From NCBI RefSeq assembly GCF_009914755.1, contig NC_060942.1: 64,000 nucleotides of DNA. One strand, given 5' to 3'. Made by a program: the position numbers and the translations under genes. Of this stretch, positions 27,667 through 40,473 are shown one piece after another. Within the stretch, counting starts at the first letter, position 1. Each line of letters begins with the position of its first letter. Origin of the DNA: the human T2T-CHM13v2.0 reference genome, Homo sapiens. The notes under the pieces were generated by a model. The model did not search any database and was not told the origin of the DNA. It was given only the letters and a program-made list of their open reading frames with translations.

Positions 27667-30600
27667 AAGAATTAACAAAATTAAAAAGCCGGTGTTTGAA
27701 GAGACAAAGAACATCAAAAACTTCTAGAGACAAAGAAAAAAAGAGTGAAGACTCAAATTAATAACATCAGAAATCAAAAAGGAGACATTATGATACCACA
27801 GAAATACAAAGGATTATTAGAGACTTATGAACAATTACATGGTAAAAAAATGGAAAATCTAGAGAAAATGAATGAATTCCTGGACACATTCAACCTACTA
27901 GATTGAAACAGGAAGAAATAGAAAACGTGAACAGATCAATAATGAGTAACAAGGTTGAATCAGTAGTAAAAAGTCTTTCAACAAAGAAAAGCCCAGGACC
28001 AGATGGCTTTATTGCTAAATTCTATCAAACTTACTTATAAAGAAGAACTTATAAAGAAGTCTTCTCACAGTATTCAAAAAAATTAAGAGTTCATTCTTCC
28101 TAACTCATTCTATGAGCCCAGCATTACCCTGATACTGAAACCAGACAAGGACACAACAAATAAAGAAAACTACAAGCCAATATCCCTGGTGACCAGACAT
28201 ACAAAAATCTTCAACAAAATACTAGCAAACTCAATACAACAACACATCAAAAAGATAATATACCGTGATCAAGTGGGATTTATCCCAGGGATGCAAGGAT
28301 GGTTCAACATTTAAAACTCAATAAACGTGATGGATAACATCAATAGAATGAAGGACAAAAACCATATAATCATCTCAATAGATGCAGAAAAATCATTTGG
28401 TAAAATTCAACATTGCTTTATGATAAAAACTCTCAACAAATTAGGTACAGAAGGAAATTATTTCAACATAATAAAGACCATATATGACAAACCTACATCT
28501 AACATTATACTGCATGGGGAAAAGCTGAAAGCCTTTCCTCTAAGAATGAGAGCAAGACAAGCATGCTCACTTTTACTACTCTTATTCAACATGGTACTGG
28601 ATGTCCTAGCCAGAGCAATCAGGCAACATAAATAAATAAAAGGCATCCAAATTGAAAAAGAGAAAGACAAATTGTTATGCTTTGCAGATGACATGATCCT
28701 ATATTTAGAAAAATTTAAAGATTCCACCAAAAACTCTAAGAACTAATAAATGAACTCAGTAAGTTGCAGAATACAAAATCAACATACAAAAATCAGGAGC
28801 ATTTGTATTCACCAATAACAAATTAGCTAATAATGAAGTGACAGAAACAAATGGAAAGACATCCTATGCTCATAGATTAATATTGTTAAAATGACTATAC
28901 TGCCCAAAGCAATCTACAGATTCAATGTAATCCTTATCAAAATACCAATGACAGTCATCACAGAAATCTTAAAAATCCTAAAATTTGTATGAAACAAAAA
29001 AGGCTGAATAGCCAAAGCAATCCTGAGTGAAAAGAACAAAGCTGGATGCATCACACTACCGGATTTTAAAGTATACTACAAAGCTGTAGTAATCAAACAT
29101 CATGGTACTGGGATTAAAAACAGGCATATACACAATGGAGCAGAATAGAAAAACCAGGAATAAATTCACATATTTATAGCCAACTGTTCTTTCAAAGTTG
29201 CCAGTAACATATAGTGAGGAAAGGATACCCTCTTCAATAAATAGTGCTGGGAAACTAGACTTCTATAGGCAGAAGAATTAAACTATATTTCTGGCTCTCA
29301 CCATAAGCAAAAATCATCTCGAGTCAATTTAAGACTTAAATGTATACCTAATCCTATAAAACTGCTAGAAGAAAGTACAGGAGAAAACCTTGAGGACATT
29401 GATCTAGGCAAAGATTTTATGGCTAACACTTCAAAAGTACAGGCAACAAAAACAAAAATAGACAAATGAAACTATATTAAACTTCTACAAATACTTCTGC
29501 AAAGCAAAGGAAACAATAAACAAAGTGAAGAGACAACTTGAAAAATGGGAGAAAATGTTTGCAAACTATCCAATAAAAGATTCATGACCAGAATATACAA
29601 GGTATTCAAACAAGTCAACAGCAAAGAAACAAATAATCCACTTAAAAAATGGGTAAAGGATCTGGAGAGACATTTCTCAAAAGGAGACACACAAATGACC
29701 AATAGGTAAATGAAAAAATGCTAAACATTACTAATTATTAGAGAAGTACAAATCAAAACTATAGTGAGATATTATCTTATCCCAGTTAAAATAGTTATTA
29801 TGAAAGACAAAAAACAACAAATGCTGGAAATAATACAGAGAAAAGGGAACTCTTATACAATGTTGGTAGAAATGTAAAATTAGTATAGCCATTATGGAGA
29901 ACCGTATGGAAGTTCCTCGAAAAGCTAAAAACAGAACTACCATATAATACAGCAATCCCACTACTGGGGTATTTATCCAAAGGAAAATGTGTCAATATAA
30001 CAAAGGAATACCTGCACCCGCATGTTTATTGCAGCAGTATTCATAATAGCCAAGACATGGAATCAGTTTAAGTGTCCATCAGTGGATGAATGAATAAAAA
30101 ATGCGGAATATCTACACAATAGAATACTATTCAGCCATAAAAAAATCTTGACACTTTCAGCCACATGAATGAAACCGGAGGTCATTATGTTAAATGAAAT
30201 AAGCCAGGGATAAAATGACAAATATTGCATGTTCTTACTCATATGTGGGAGCTAAAGATATTGTTCTCATGGAGGGAAAGAGCAGAATGATGGTTACTAG
30301 AGGATGGAAAGGGTGAAGGTGTAGGGTTACAGAGGTTGCTTAATGAGTACAAACATACAGTTACCTAGAAGGACTAGGTCCTATAGTTTGATAGCATGGT
30401 AGAGTGACCACGGTGAACCAATTTATTGTATATTTAAAAATAGCTAGGAGAGAAGACTTGAAATGGTCCCAATGTAAAGAAATAACAAATGTTTGAGGTG
30501 ATGGATATCTTAAATAGCTTGATTTTATCATTACACACTGTATACATGTATCAAAATATCATATGTACCCCATAAATATGTGGAATTATTATGTATCAAT

Positions 30601-31199
30601 ACAAATTGGTTAAAATCAGGAATCTATGTAACATTAAAGACAAAGAGACAGTTTTCAAATTTAAATTAATTTGATTAATAAAGACAAATGCAAAAGAAAA
30701 TAGTATAAATTCATTGAGACACATTACAAAGATACAACAGGGGTTATTACCAACAGAGGTCATAAAGATGAAAATAAATCTTCAAATCAATTAAGGATAA
30801 GAATTAGAAAATAAACAGCTCTGCTAAAATACAAGAAAGAGAAAATAGTATGTGCTCCATCAATATTTGTTTAACTATAGTGAATTATTGAATGGAGAGG
30901 TTTATACAGTGAGCAGCAAACAGGCTGGAGTTAAATGAATTCTTTACCACTGCCTTTTAGGAGCGAGTAGTCATTGATCAGAGTGAGCTAGTCATGATGG
31001 AAAGGTGGACGCATAGAGGAATGAATTGGTCATGTAGAAATTTAACAGAAAAGAAGAAAGATCTGTCTATATATAAAATTGTGAAAATAGGAAAATTAGC
31101 TGTCTGCATTAAAATCAAGAAGTCTTTGAAATATTATTATAAAGGTATTTTTTAAATGAAAATAATTTGGAAAAGGCAAAATACGTATGTATTTTTAAA

Positions 31200-31950
31200 G
31201 AGGTTAAATAATCTGATGTCATTATTTGGTTATCTGAGAAGATACCAGAAGTAATCAATCAAATTTTCATCACCTGGAAAAGTATGGGTACTATGAAATA
31301 CCAACACGGTTTTCTGAATAGCAAATCATGCCAGACCCATTAAACAGTGTTCTGTGATAGGATTACAGGTTACAGAGACAAGAAAAAATGGTAGTGAAAT
31401 CCATCTTGTTTTCAGGAGGTCTTGGAATCTGCTCTTTGTCATATTCTCATTGGGAAACTTGAGGAAATATGACCTTAGCCACATTATATTTAGGTGGATG
31501 GATGCACAACGTGCTTGAATGTTCAACCAAAGGGAAATTGAAATTTCAATTTAAAGTTGCATTAATATTTTGATTTAACTCCCAAGCACTGATTCTTGGG
31601 ATCATCCAGTCAACTGCTATTAGATAATTTGCAGTAAGTAATTTAGAGTGTGCTCATCAACTCTCTAGGTAATTACAAATATTAGTTGGTATAAGGAGGA
31701 GATAAAAATTGAAAGGTTGAATAATATAAATACACAAAAGAGATGCCTGGAAGAAATTTTTCTTATTATAATATTAATCAACAATGTGATGCTACTGTGA
31801 ATACTGCCTATACTCCACAGGAAATTCTTAAAAAGAGTATGATATGCAAGGACTTGAAAAAAATCTTTTTGTCTTTTTCTGGTTTCAGTTAATTATCATT
31901 AAGATACTCCCTTCTAATTTTGGTTACTAATACTATACTTTTAAATGAAT
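31200..31950 (+). mobile_element. CR1/L3 LINE reverse-transcriptase relic
   Basis: 'caacacggttttctgaatagcaaatcatgccagacc' (31302-31337) encodes QHGFLNSKSCQT. Further CR1-like motifs are 'gtgctcatcaac' (~31650) and 'caacaatgtgatgct' (QQCDA, ~31779). Confidence 0.7.
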
Positions 31951-32221
31951 TCAGAGAGAAAATTTGGTCTTTTTGTGTTTTTCAGATGTTCTGCATTTAG
32001 ATTATATTAATTTTTAAATTAGGCATATAAGCTATCTTTTAAAAAATGGTTAAAAGCAATCAAACACAAATAATTTAGAGAAAATATAGAGGATATTACC
32101 CTCTGAAATCTCTTAGGAATAAAATAAATCGAAGAGAGTCCCCATAAGAAAAACTTGACAAAATGAGGAGGGTTATTGAGCCTATGGTCAAAAGATATTT
32201 ACAAATATATAATATGCAATA

Positions 32222-32385
32222 GCCACTATGTTAGGCTATCACATGCATCATCTCATATAATCTTCACAGTACCTCTATTCAGTAAAAGAGAAAAGATATG
32301 TGGAGGAAACAAGCTGACTAGGTGACTTTGCCAAGGTCTTATCAGAGCCAGGATTCAAACTTGATGTGTATTGACTTAAGATGTC
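32222..32385 (-). mobile_element. MIR
   Basis: 'catgcatcatctcatataatcttcacag...gtgactttgccaaggtc...agagccaggattcaaac'. Confidence 0.78.
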
Positions 32386-32593
32386 CTTAATGGAAAGAAG
32401 AATAAAATGTCTTCATTATTTGTGTATTGTGTGTCATCACCATAGAAAAATAAAATAATTTTAAATTTATAAGTATATATTTTAAGGGATACTGCAGAGT
32501 TTTGCCAATTCTTTCTTTCAACATTGATTTAAATTGTTCTGCAGGTTTCACTTTTTCCTTGTATAAAGGTAGAACAATTCCTCTAAAAGGTGC

Positions 32594-32700
32594 TTTCACT
32601 ATGTTGGCCAGGCTGGTCTCAAACTCCTGGCCTCAAGTGATCTACCCATCTTGGCCTCTCGAACTGCTGGGATTACAGGCATGAGTCACTGAGCCTGGCC
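32594..32700 (-). mobile_element. Partial Alu left monomer (FLAM_C/AluJb-like), tail-less
   Basis: Only the first ~107 nt of the Alu are present ('tttcactatgttggccaggctgg...ctgagcctggcc'). Confidence 0.9.
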
Positions 32701-33089
32701 AACTATACATTTTTTAAATAATCAAAGCAAATGAATTATAGTATAAAGTATTTACAGTGGGAGCTGAGGATATTTGGGATTGTGTCTGACTTGGATTTTT
32801 CTAGACTTTTTACTTGTGGGTATCCAACATTTTTTCAAAATCTCATAAAATTTATTTCTCAGTGCTCACTTCTTGTTTCAGGGCCCTTATTAATTTTTTC
32901 TTTTTTGTGACATAAAATGGCTTTACATTTTTATATCATAAAATAAATATAATAAAAATAAAATAGAGAAATAAGAGAATGAAAATCATTTGCAGCCTGA
33001 GTATTGCTGACTTTTGGAATGTAGCTTCCCAGGTAGACTGATAGATGGATAGAAATGATTATAATAAAATCTAATAATATGAGAATACA

Positions 33090-33298
33090 AAGTGGGAATC
33101 ATATATTACATGATTATACGATGTGAAAATACCTTAATTTTCACTTAACTATGTACTGTAGCTCTTTATATCATTCATTTAAAAGGTTGCATAATACTCC
33201 ATTATATACAAATTCTATCATATACTCAGACAATTCTGTATTACTGTATATTGAATTTGCTGACATTTTCCTTTTTTATAAAGAGTACTATAGTCAGC

Positions 33299-33344
<46 letters not shown>

Positions 33345-33450
33345 ATATATATATATCTTTGCAGACTTTCAGATTATTTTCCTATAAATTTCTAGATGTA
33401 GGAATGCTGTCTCAGTGGGTATGCATAAACATTTTGTTAGATACCCACTG
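33090..33450 (-). mobile_element. Old L1ME-type 3' fragment
   Basis: 'ggttgcataatactccatt' and 'ataaatttctagatgtaggaatgctg'. Confidence 0.55.
33299..33356. repeat. (ATCT)11(AT)7 compound STR
   Basis: Read directly. It accounts for the YLSI-repeat ORFs. Confidence 0.97.
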
Positions 33451-33474
33451 GGAACGATCATCTAGTAATTGCAA

Positions 33475-34960
33475 AAATATTTGCCGGGCACTTCTCTAGG
33501 TGCTAGAATAATGGCTGTGAATTAGATAATAAGTTGCTCTCTTGTATTGAGCATACGTTTATGGCAGAAATAAACCATGAACAAATAAACATAAAATGTC
33601 AGAGTATTAAGAGCAAAGAAAATACATAGGTGGCATGATAGTGGGTGGCTAAGGGACAACTTTAGCAGCTCTGGGAAGGCTGCTCTAAGGAAGGGACTTT
33701 CAATCTAGTGATTAAATGGTTAAGAAGAAGCCATGTATGAAAATTTTTGGGAATATATACAGCTCGAAGCATCTGGAAATTCAAGGTCCCTATATTGGGA
33801 ATGAGGCTAGTGGTCAAGGATCAAAAAGTAGCTGGAGCACACTGAGGTGAGTGAGAGTAATCTGAATGAGGAAGAGACTGGATTATGCAGTCGGGGAGGC
33901 CAGGGCAAGAAATGTGGGTTTTATCCTGAATATAGGGGTAAGTTACTGGGTGATTTTAAATTTTAATTTAATTATGATTTTATATATATATAATGTAATA
34001 TATACTTAAAATGTGCATATATATTAAAGCATGCACATCATAAGTGTATAGCACAATGAATTATTCACAAACTGAACACAGATTAAGAAAGAAAACATTA
34101 CGTCATTCTCAACCTCCCTTTATGCCCTGTTCCAATCACTGCTTCCTACCAAGGGTAACTACTCCCGCGACTTCCAACATCATAGATTAATTGCACCTGT
34201 TTATATAGACCAAAAATTGCACAGTATCAATTTCTGTGTTTGGTTTCTTTTGCTTAAAATTATGTTTTATTCATCCACATTTAGGCATCCACCTGAAGGG
34301 ATGAAGGTAGATAAACAAAAGTGAAGGGATTTCACCATGGAGCCCTGGGGAATTCCAACATTTGGAAGCTGAGCAGAGTAAAAGCTGCTGACACAAGAGA
34401 TATTCTGTCTAGTGTCCAGTGAGGTGGGAGGAAAATAGGAAGTCATGGTGTCATGGCTAAGGGAGAGTGCTTCAGGAAGGGGAGTGGTAAACAGTGATCA
34501 AATATGGTTGAGCTATTGAGCAAGATGAGACCAGATACACCCTATGGGGTTTGACATCATGGAGGCAATTGACAAATGGTACTTCAAAGAAGAGAATGGA
34601 AAGTGATGAAAACTGCAAATGTAGACAACTCATTCCAAAATTTGTAACAAAACATAAAGTGCTCCAGTAAACATGGACTCAAAAATGAGTTCTTGAGATG
34701 GCAGATACTACAGTATATTTGTATAATATATAATGATGAAAATAATTCAGTGGAGAGGGAAATTAAGATATGGAAGGATAGGAAAATTGTATGAGTGATG
34801 ACTGTGAGAAGGTGAAAGAGGATGGAATCCAGAGCACAAATGAAAAGACATCTATATTAGGAGCAGACATACTTCAATCTTAAACAGGTAGAAAGACATT
34901 TACTGTGGAGTAGATGCAGGTACTTTGATGGATTTGATGACAGATGAGTTCTCATCTTCT
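33475..34960 (-). mobile_element. L2 fragment interrupted by an old L1 3' piece (~33975-34285)
   Basis: L2 motifs 'tgccgggcacttctctaggtgctag', 'gagccctggggaattccaacattt' and 'ggtgtcatgg'. L1 piece 'aagtgtatagcacaatgaatt...cagattaagaaagaaaacattac'. Confidence 0.7.
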
Positions 34961-35203
34961 ATGAATGCCTCTTTTTCCTTCCACTCCCCTAGTATCACTG
35001 TGTATAACCTACTATCACTGTGTATAATCAATCTTACTGATCTTTTGAAAAGAGAATTGAAGACTTGTATCTCCATTTAATTTGAATATATATGATTTTT
35101 AGAGAGGTAGAAACATTTTGCCTATGTTTATTGGCCATCTGGATTTTTAAAGCTTGCTAATTAATCTATATTTGCTGTTTGTTCATTCAAAAATACCTTT
35201 CTG

Positions 35204-35385
35204 GAGTAGAATTGTATTGTTTGTACCACAAAGGTAAATGCTTGAGGGTATGAAAACTCAATTCTCTACAATGTGATTATTATGCATTATATTTCCATAT
35301 CAAAACATTTTATGTATCTATAAATATATATACCTACTATGTAACTTCAAAAATTAAAAATAAAAATTTTTAAACAAGCAAAGAA
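35204..35385 (+). mobile_element. Very short L1MA1/2-type 3' end
   Basis: 'aaatgcttgagg...tgtgattattatgcatt...atatatatacctactatgta'. Perfect 16-bp TSD caaaaatacctttctg at 35188-35203 and 35386-35401. Confidence 0.92.
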
Positions 35386-35476
35386 CAAAAATACCTTTCT
35401 GTTCCCATCAGATAAGAAATAACTTGACTAGATACAACATTCTTGCCTTAATTTTTCCTTTAAAATTATGTAGTTA

Positions 35477-35875
<399 letters not shown>

Positions 35876-37101
35876 TCATGGAATTACTTCTTTATTCTTG
35901 AAATTTATAACGTAGTAAAGAATCATCAGAGAAAAGCCCTAAGACCACCTGGCTTTTCATATGGGTGGCCCCACGCCTTGCTCACACACAGGCAGGCTGT
36001 GCTGCTGGTGGTGCTCAGTCCCGACAATCACTTCAGATGGACTTCCCCAGACATCCATGAATGACACCTCCAATCCTAGCATTCTTAGGTGAGAAAGATC
36101 CCATCCACGTTAGCAGACATTGCTCTTAAGAAGATCGGTCTTCACACTTGAAAGGGGATTCAATGTGGTAGTCCTTACTTCAGCCCACATGCTTCCAATA
36201 TAGGAGGATATTTGAGGAAAGGGATACCATAATTCCTCCCATTGCTTACTGCCGCATTTCAGATCTCTTTCAGAAATGAGAGTTTCTAATTATCAGCACT
36301 CCGTATCTTCATTTGTTTTTCCAAATGTGTTGCCTTTCTCCTCTTTGTGTGATATATTTGTCAGCACTCCACACTTTGTGTGATATATTTGTCAGCATTG
36401 ATTATTATAATATTCTCTATAATATTCTTTCCTTAAATCTTCCAAAACTTCTCTTTGGTTACTCTAGTCAGCTCGTGGTGTGTGTGAGGGGGAGGAGGCG
36501 GTAGTGCATCTAACCCTGTCATGCTACCATATTTTCCAGAATATCAATCTCAGTATCTCTCTCATCAAATTTCCACAGCAAGCTTTGCTTTACTCTGTAT
36601 TCTCTGCTACATGCTAGCAGCTGCTTGGAGCTGCTAATAGGATGTATACCCTCACCCTTCATCTTTGTGTCTGTAGCAATCTGTTTAGGATCAAGATCTT
36701 CTGGTAAACATATGTTCTGTTGTCTGAGACAATGGGAGTGGATTTTAAAGTTCTTCTAGTGGGAGAGGTACTTATCTGCCTGAACTTTCACCATGGATTA
36801 GAAACATAAATGATCTACCATTTCCTATGTAACACCATAAACTCTCTCTCAAAAAGTATTTTATTACTAAGCATTGCTTAATCATATTCATGCCCAATAT
36901 CACAGGTATTACAAGATATTTATAATTGAAATACTTTTGCATTTAAAGAGAGACAGTTATACCCTGTATATGGATAATGAGTTGGGCATAGTAAAGAAAA
37001 ATAATAAAAGAGGAGGAGAATAAGTCCCAGGGGACTCGGTTTGACTGCTAGCTCTGGTTCCCACTTACAAGTAGAGTAGCCTAAAATTACAACAAAGTAC
37101 C

Positions 37102-40100
37102 TGTTATAAGCTAAATAGTATTCCCTTTTATCCCAATTGCATATGTTGAAGTCCTAACCCAAGTAGCCTGTAACATGACCCTATTTAGAGACAGGATCTT
37201 TACTGAGGTAGCTGAGCTAAAAATGAGGTGATTATAATGTTCCCTAATCCAATATGACTGATATCTTTATCAGTTGGCCTAGGAGTGAGTTTTTTGAAAA
37301 AAATAATAATATAGATAGGCCACTAGCTGGACTAATAAAGAAGAAAAGAGAGAAGATCCAAATAAACACAATTAGAAATGACAAAGAGGATATTACCACT
37401 AGCTCCACAGAAGTAAAAATAACCATCAGAAACTACTACAAATACCTCTGTGCACACAAACTAGAAAACCTAGGAGAGATGGATAAATTCCTGGACACAT
37501 ACACACTCCCAAGAGTGAATGAGCATGAAACTGATTCTCTGAGCAGATCAATAACAAGTTCCAAAATTGAATCAGTAATAAATAGCCTACCAATCAAAAA
37601 CAGCCCAGGACCAGAAGAATTCACAGCCAAATTCTACCAGGTGTACAAGGAAGAGCTGGTATCATACCTACTGAAACTATTCCAAAAAATTGAGAAGGAG
37701 GGACTCCTCCCCAACTCATTCTATGAAGCCAGCATCATCCTGACATGAAAACCTGGCAGACACACAACAACAACAAAAAGAAAACTTCAGGGCAATAGTA
37801 TTGATGAACATTAATGCAAAACTCCTTAACAAAATACTTGCAAACCAAATCCAGCAGCACATCAAAAGGCTAATCTACCATGATGAAGTAGGCTTCATCC
37901 TCGGGATGCAAGGTTGGTTCAACATACACAAATCAGTAAATGTGACTCATGCCAACAGAACTAAAGACAAACACCACATGATTATCTCTATAGATGCAGT
38001 AAAGGCTCTCAATAAAATTCAACATTGTTTCATATTAAAAACTCCCAATAAACTAGGTATTGAAGGCACACAACTCAAAATAATAAGAGCCATCAATGAC
38101 AAACCCATAGCCAACATCACACTGAATGGGGAAAAGCTGGAACCATTCCCATTGAAAACCAGCACAAGACAAGAGTGCTCTCTCCTGCCACTTCTGTTCA
38201 ACATAGAATTGGAAGTCCTGGCCAGAGCAATCAGGCAAGAGAAATAAATAAAGGGCATCAAACTAGGAACGGAGGAAGTCAAACTATCCCTGTTTGCAGA
38301 CGACATAATTCTATATTTAGGAAACCCCGTAGTCTTGGCCCAAAGCTTCCTCAGCTGATAAACAACTTCAACAACATTTCAGGATTAAAAATAAATGTAC
38401 AAAAATCAGTGGAATTCTTATATACCAACAATAGCCATGCTGAGAGCCAAATCATGAACACAATCCCATTCACAATTGCCACAAAAGGAAAAAAATGCCT
38501 AGGAATGCAGGTAACCATGGAGGTGAAATATCTCTACAATGAGAATTACAGAACACTGCTCAAAGAAATCAGATGACAAAAGCAAATTGGAAAACATTAC
38601 ATGCTCATGGATAGAAAGAATCAATATCATTAAAATGGTCATACTGCCCAAAGCAGTTTACAGATTCAATGCTATTCCTATGAAACTACCAATATCATTC
38701 TTCACAGAACCAGGAAAAACTATTTTAAAATTAATATGAAACAAAAAAGCCTGAATAGCCAAGGCAATCCCATGCAAAAAGAACAAAGGTGGAGGCATCA
38801 CATTACTGGACTTCAAACTATATTATAGGGCTACAGTAACCAAAACAGAATGGTATTGGTACAAAAACAGACACACAGACCAATAGAACAGAACAGAGAG
38901 CCCAGAAATAAGGCTGCATATCAACAATCATCTGATCTTCAAAAAAGCTGACCAAAACATGCAATGCAGAAAGGACCCCCTATTCAATAAATGGTGCTGA
39001 GATAACTGGCTAGAAATATGCAGAAGTTTGAAACTGGACCCCTTCCTTACACCATATACAAAAATGGACTCAAGATGAATTAAAGACTTAAATGCACAAT
39101 CCAAACCTATAAAAACCCTAGAAGGTAACCTAGGCAATACCATTCTGGAGATAGGAACCAGCAAACACTTCATGTTGAAGACACCAAAAACAATCATAAC
39201 AAAACCAAAAGTTGACAAATGGGATCTAATTAAACCAAACAGCTTATGCACAGCAAAATAAAACTATCAACAGAGTAAACAGACAATTTACAATATGGGA
39301 GAAAATTTTTGCAAACTGCACATCTGACCAAGTTTAATATCCAGTGTCTGTAAGGAACTTAAACAAATTTACAAGCCAAAAACAAACAACCCATTAAAAA
39401 GTGGGCAAAGGACATCAACAGACAGTTTTCAAAAGAAGACATACATGCGACCAACAAGTATATTTTAAAAAGCCCAATATCACTGATCATCAGAGAAATG
39501 CAAATCAAAACTACAATGAGATACCATCTCACACCAGTCAGAATGGCTATTATTAAAAGGTCACAATATAACAGATGCTCATGAGGTTGTGGAGCAAATG
39601 AAACACTAATACACTTGGTGGGAGTGTAAGTTAGTTCAACTATTGTGGAAAGCAGTGTGGCAATTCCTCAAAGAGGTAAAAACAGAGCTAACATTTCACT
39701 CAGCAATTCCATTACTTGGTATGTACCCAGAGGAATAGAAATCATTCTACCATAAAGACATATGTAAGTGAATGCTCATTGCAGCACTCTTCACAATAGC
39801 AAAGACATGGAATCAACACAAATGCCCATCAAGGACAGATTGGATAAAGAAAATGTGGTGCATCTACACCATGGAACACTATGCAGCCATAAAAAGAATG
39901 AGATCATGTCTTTTGTGGGAATGTGGATGGAGCTGGAGGCTGGTATCCTTAACAACTAATGTAGGAACAGAAAACCAAATCTCACATGCTCTCACTTATA
40001 AGTAGGAGCCAAATGATGAGAACTCGTGGACACAAGGAAGGGAACAACAGACACTGGAGCCTATTTGAGGGTGGAGGGTGGGAGTAGGGAGAGGAACAGA

Positions 40101-40473
40101 AAATAGGTACTATGTTTAGTACCGGTGTGACAAAATAATCTGTACACCAAACCCCATGACACGAGTTTACCTATGTAACAAACCTGCACATGTAACCCTG
40201 AACCTAAAATAAAAGTTAAAAAAGAAAAGAAGAGGAGATCTGGACAGACGCATACAAAGGGAAGACATTGTATTGACACAGGAAAAAGATGGCCCCCTAC
40301 AAGCAATGTGGGGCTGGAAACAGATCCATCCCACGAGGCCATCAGAAAGAATCAATCCTGTTGACACTTTCATCTCATATTCTGGCCTCCAAAACTCTGA
40401 GACAATAAATTTCTCTTGTTTAAACCACTCAGTCTGTGGTACTTTGTTAGGGCAGCCCTAGCAAACTAATACA
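37102..40473 (+). mobile_element. MLT1B-like MaLR solo LTR split by L1 (LTR halves 37102-37270 and ~40229-40473)
   Basis: TG...CA ends. 'catatgttgaagtcctaacc...ccctaatccaatatgactg' continues after the L1 as 'aagaggagatctggacaga...gcagccctagcaaactaataca'. Confidence 0.92.
37271..40228 (+). mobile_element. 5'-truncated L1PA15/16 (~3 kb, disrupted ORF2 RT and C-terminus)
   Basis: ORFs 37254-37748 and 37801-38247 are L1 ORF2 ([27 protein letters not shown]). FADD at ~38293. 3'UTR 'tctgtacaccaaaccccatgacacgagtttacc...aacctaaaataaaagtt'. Confidence 0.96.

Noticed and set aside
26565-28635. Endonuclease and RT ORFs as an active retroelement or novel RT system
   Set aside because: Ordinary L1 ORF2 fragments broken by stops, frameshifts, a deletion (~28830) and an Alu.
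37254-38739. Longest ORFs in the window (164, 148 and 133 aa)
   Set aside because: Frameshifted pieces of a 5'-truncated L1PA15/16 ORF2.
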